DNA of 64,000 nt from the human T2T-CHM13v2.0 reference genome, Homo sapiens. Made by a program: the position numbers and the translations under genes. Shown here piece after piece: positions 61,700 to 64,000 of the stretch. The notes beneath the pieces are model-generated. The model made no database searches, had not been told where the DNA came from, and was given only the letters and a program-made list of their open reading frames with translations. The stretch is taken from assembly GCF_009914755.1 (NCBI RefSeq), contig NC_060943.1. One strand, written 5' to 3'. How positions within the stretch are numbered: the stretch's first letter is position 1; each line of letters starts with the position of its first letter.

Positions 61700-62559
61700 T
61701 GACTATATGAAATGGAAGCAATTAGTTTATCTGTTTGAGCCTCCAGACCTCCTGATTTTTTACCCAAGTACCAGGGAACTGGAAAAACTCTCATCTGGCT
61801 ACCAACCAGAGATACTTCTTGTATAACGGGTGAAACAAACACGAGATGACTCATTTCTCTCACACTGGGACAGAAGCAGAATTAATCACTCTTGTCAGCC
61901 TGACACAATTCTGTTCTGGACATTCTCCAATGTCTCAGAGATTCATAGGTAATTGTTAGACGGTTCCCTGTGAACCTGGGCTGATGGTCCAATGATAAGA
62001 CAGGCAGAGAAGACTCAGGATGATTCTAAATAAAAAAATGGAACTACTTTGGCTCAACTCCAGAATCCGGGTTGTCCGTCCTGATTTGCTAGCTGTTGGG
62101 TAAGTAGAAGGACAAGAAGACTCTACTCCAGTATCACATTTTACAGGTAGGTATAGTTGTGGTCATGGCTCTGGATACTTTGTGGTCTTAAGATGCTTGT
62201 TTACACTTACAGATTCTGCCATCAGATTCTATTTACTCCTGGAGCCTCTCATATAACTGTGGCAGGTTAATGAAGAAGATGTGAAAAGGTCAAAAAGCCA
62301 CACTCCCAAAAGAGGAATTTAAAATGTCTATGTTGATATCTCACAATGCAGAAAATGCCTCCTGTTGGTTTTCTGTAAATTCTCAATCCAAAGTCTGGCC
62401 CTGCCTTGTAAATCCCAGCAGAGGCCAGGTCTTATTTGCAAATTCTAGGTGAAATCAACCTCACTCTGCATTTTTGGGTGTTACAGCAAGTAGAGTGAAA
62501 TCAAAGGAGAGATTCCCTCCTAGAGGCTGCTCTAGGATATTCTAAATAATATTTTACCT

Positions 62560-64000
62560 TAAAAAAGCTGACACAACATGAACATAAGCAGACAGTTTAT
62601 TTGGGTCAAGCTTAAGTATTTTAACTTGAGACAAAATATTCAAGTTGCCTGGAATCTACACTTTCATTAGCAGCACTTACAAGTGGATTTGTGAAGGCAA
62701 AAAAGAGGAACAGTGAGTGAGCTGATACAAAATTGGTTGTGAGAAATTCTTATTTATGTAAAGAAATAACTTTAATAATTGATTGGATATACATCATTAA
62801 GGTTAAGGATATGGAATATAGTGTCCAGTGTAGAATTATTAGTTTAATTTATAGCTACTTGTGGCAATAGTGAACAGTTTCAATAGATAAATATATAGCT
62901 GAAAAAAAGGAGAAAAACGTAATTGTGCTCTCATTTTAATGTTTCTCTGACTTTAGTAACTAAAAGGACTTGCATTCCTCAGATAAAAACTTATTTTTTT
63001 CTTTTCAATTCTCAAGACTTAGATTTAGAATACGGAGCTGCAAATTCAGGTCCTGCATGGGTAAAGTAGCAATAGGTGTTACCTGAACATTTGTGGGCAT
63101 TTTAGCATGAGGAGGGAGGGAGAAGTGGATTCTCACGTCTACAGGTCTACTCAGTGCACATATTTTACTCTGATTGGGTTTCTGTGCCCCATGGTCACTG
63201 AATCAGTTTCAGGTCTGAAGACACAAGTCATTGAAAGAGGTAAAATGGTTAATATCTGACCTATGAAGTTTGTAGAAATCTGTTCTAGCCTCTCTAAAAG
63301 TGACTGCAGAGGATGATAGATACCAAGTACGTAGAGACACAATTCCACCTGCATATTTAGGGTACAGCATGCACTTCACAGCACAACTGTGAATTGACTG
63401 GAAGCCTGAGTGGAAAAGGCCCATCTAGAGTAAAGCTTAGTTGGCACCTTATGTGTTTGTATTATGTCTGGTAATTCTAGACAAGGTTTGGGAAATATAA
63501 TTAGAAGCACAATTTTCTTCAGCCCCAGAGGAACTCCACATAACAGAACAGAAAGAAAATTGTTTTATTACACAATTACATGTGAATATGACATGCATTA
63601 TAGTCAATTTGCTCAAGAGATTGCAAAGACAGAAAGACAGTGACCATAATTTGTCTACAAGTAGAATTTACAGCACCATGTCATACATAGTTCATCCTAA
63701 ATTCACATGGTAGTTGGGAAGGCCATCCATGTATGCTAATTGGTTATAATCAATGACAAAATAAACTTTTCACATCTTCATGACTGGAGGTAGTTTTGCA
63801 ACTTGAACCCCGGTGCCTACTGAAGGTAGGCTTTGACTCTTCTACAAAAAGTGTTGATTCGGGTGCTATCTTTTTGGCTATTTACATTTTAAAGCAATAG
63901 CTCTCTACTCCCTGAGCACTGGGCTAGAGCACTCCTGCTTTCCCTCTCTTGGTGGCTAGTGTACTCTCTTGACCCCACCATCTGCCACTGAGGCACAGCC
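62560..64000. mobile_element. Degenerate ERV LTR-like fragments in intron 1
   Basis: GACAGTTTATTTGGGTCAAGC..., GTTTTATTACACAATTA..., CTAATTGGTTATAATC resemble reverse ERV1 LTR pieces; family and limits unclear. Confidence 0.35.

Overview
Human/hominid genomic DNA from the 19p12 ZNF91-family KRAB zinc-finger cluster. The only intact protein-coding gene is ZNF208 on the minus strand: KRAB-A exon 55220-55346, KRAB-B exon 53653-53748 and finger exon 37620-41236. With an ATG-only exon 1 lying beyond the window end, this gives 1280 aa with 36 canonical C2H2 fingers. Downstream of the gene (leftwards) lie vestigial fingers in the 3' UTR, an apparent retrocopy of a spliced TE-exon-containing RNA split by a MER11 LTR, a decayed LTR25/HERVG25-type provirus containing two L1s fused tail-to-tail, an MTDH processed pseudogene and the edge of a beta-satellite-like block. 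The introns hold a full-length L1PA7-like element, a truncated L1PA3-like element, two HERV-K-class solo LTRs and many Alus. I see no wholly new multi-gene system. The most interesting candidates are (i) a possible KRAB-without-fingers isoform route from an internal exon-4 donor or the exon-3 donor into the antisense strand of the MTDH retrocopy, (ii) a fossil spliced RNA whose THE1 and Tigger pieces end at splice boundaries, (iii) collapsed inverted L1 and Alu pairs, and (iv) the higher-order repeat structure and nonsense-truncated tail of the finger array. Repeat subfamily names and parent-gene matches are from recalled consensus sequences, not from searches.
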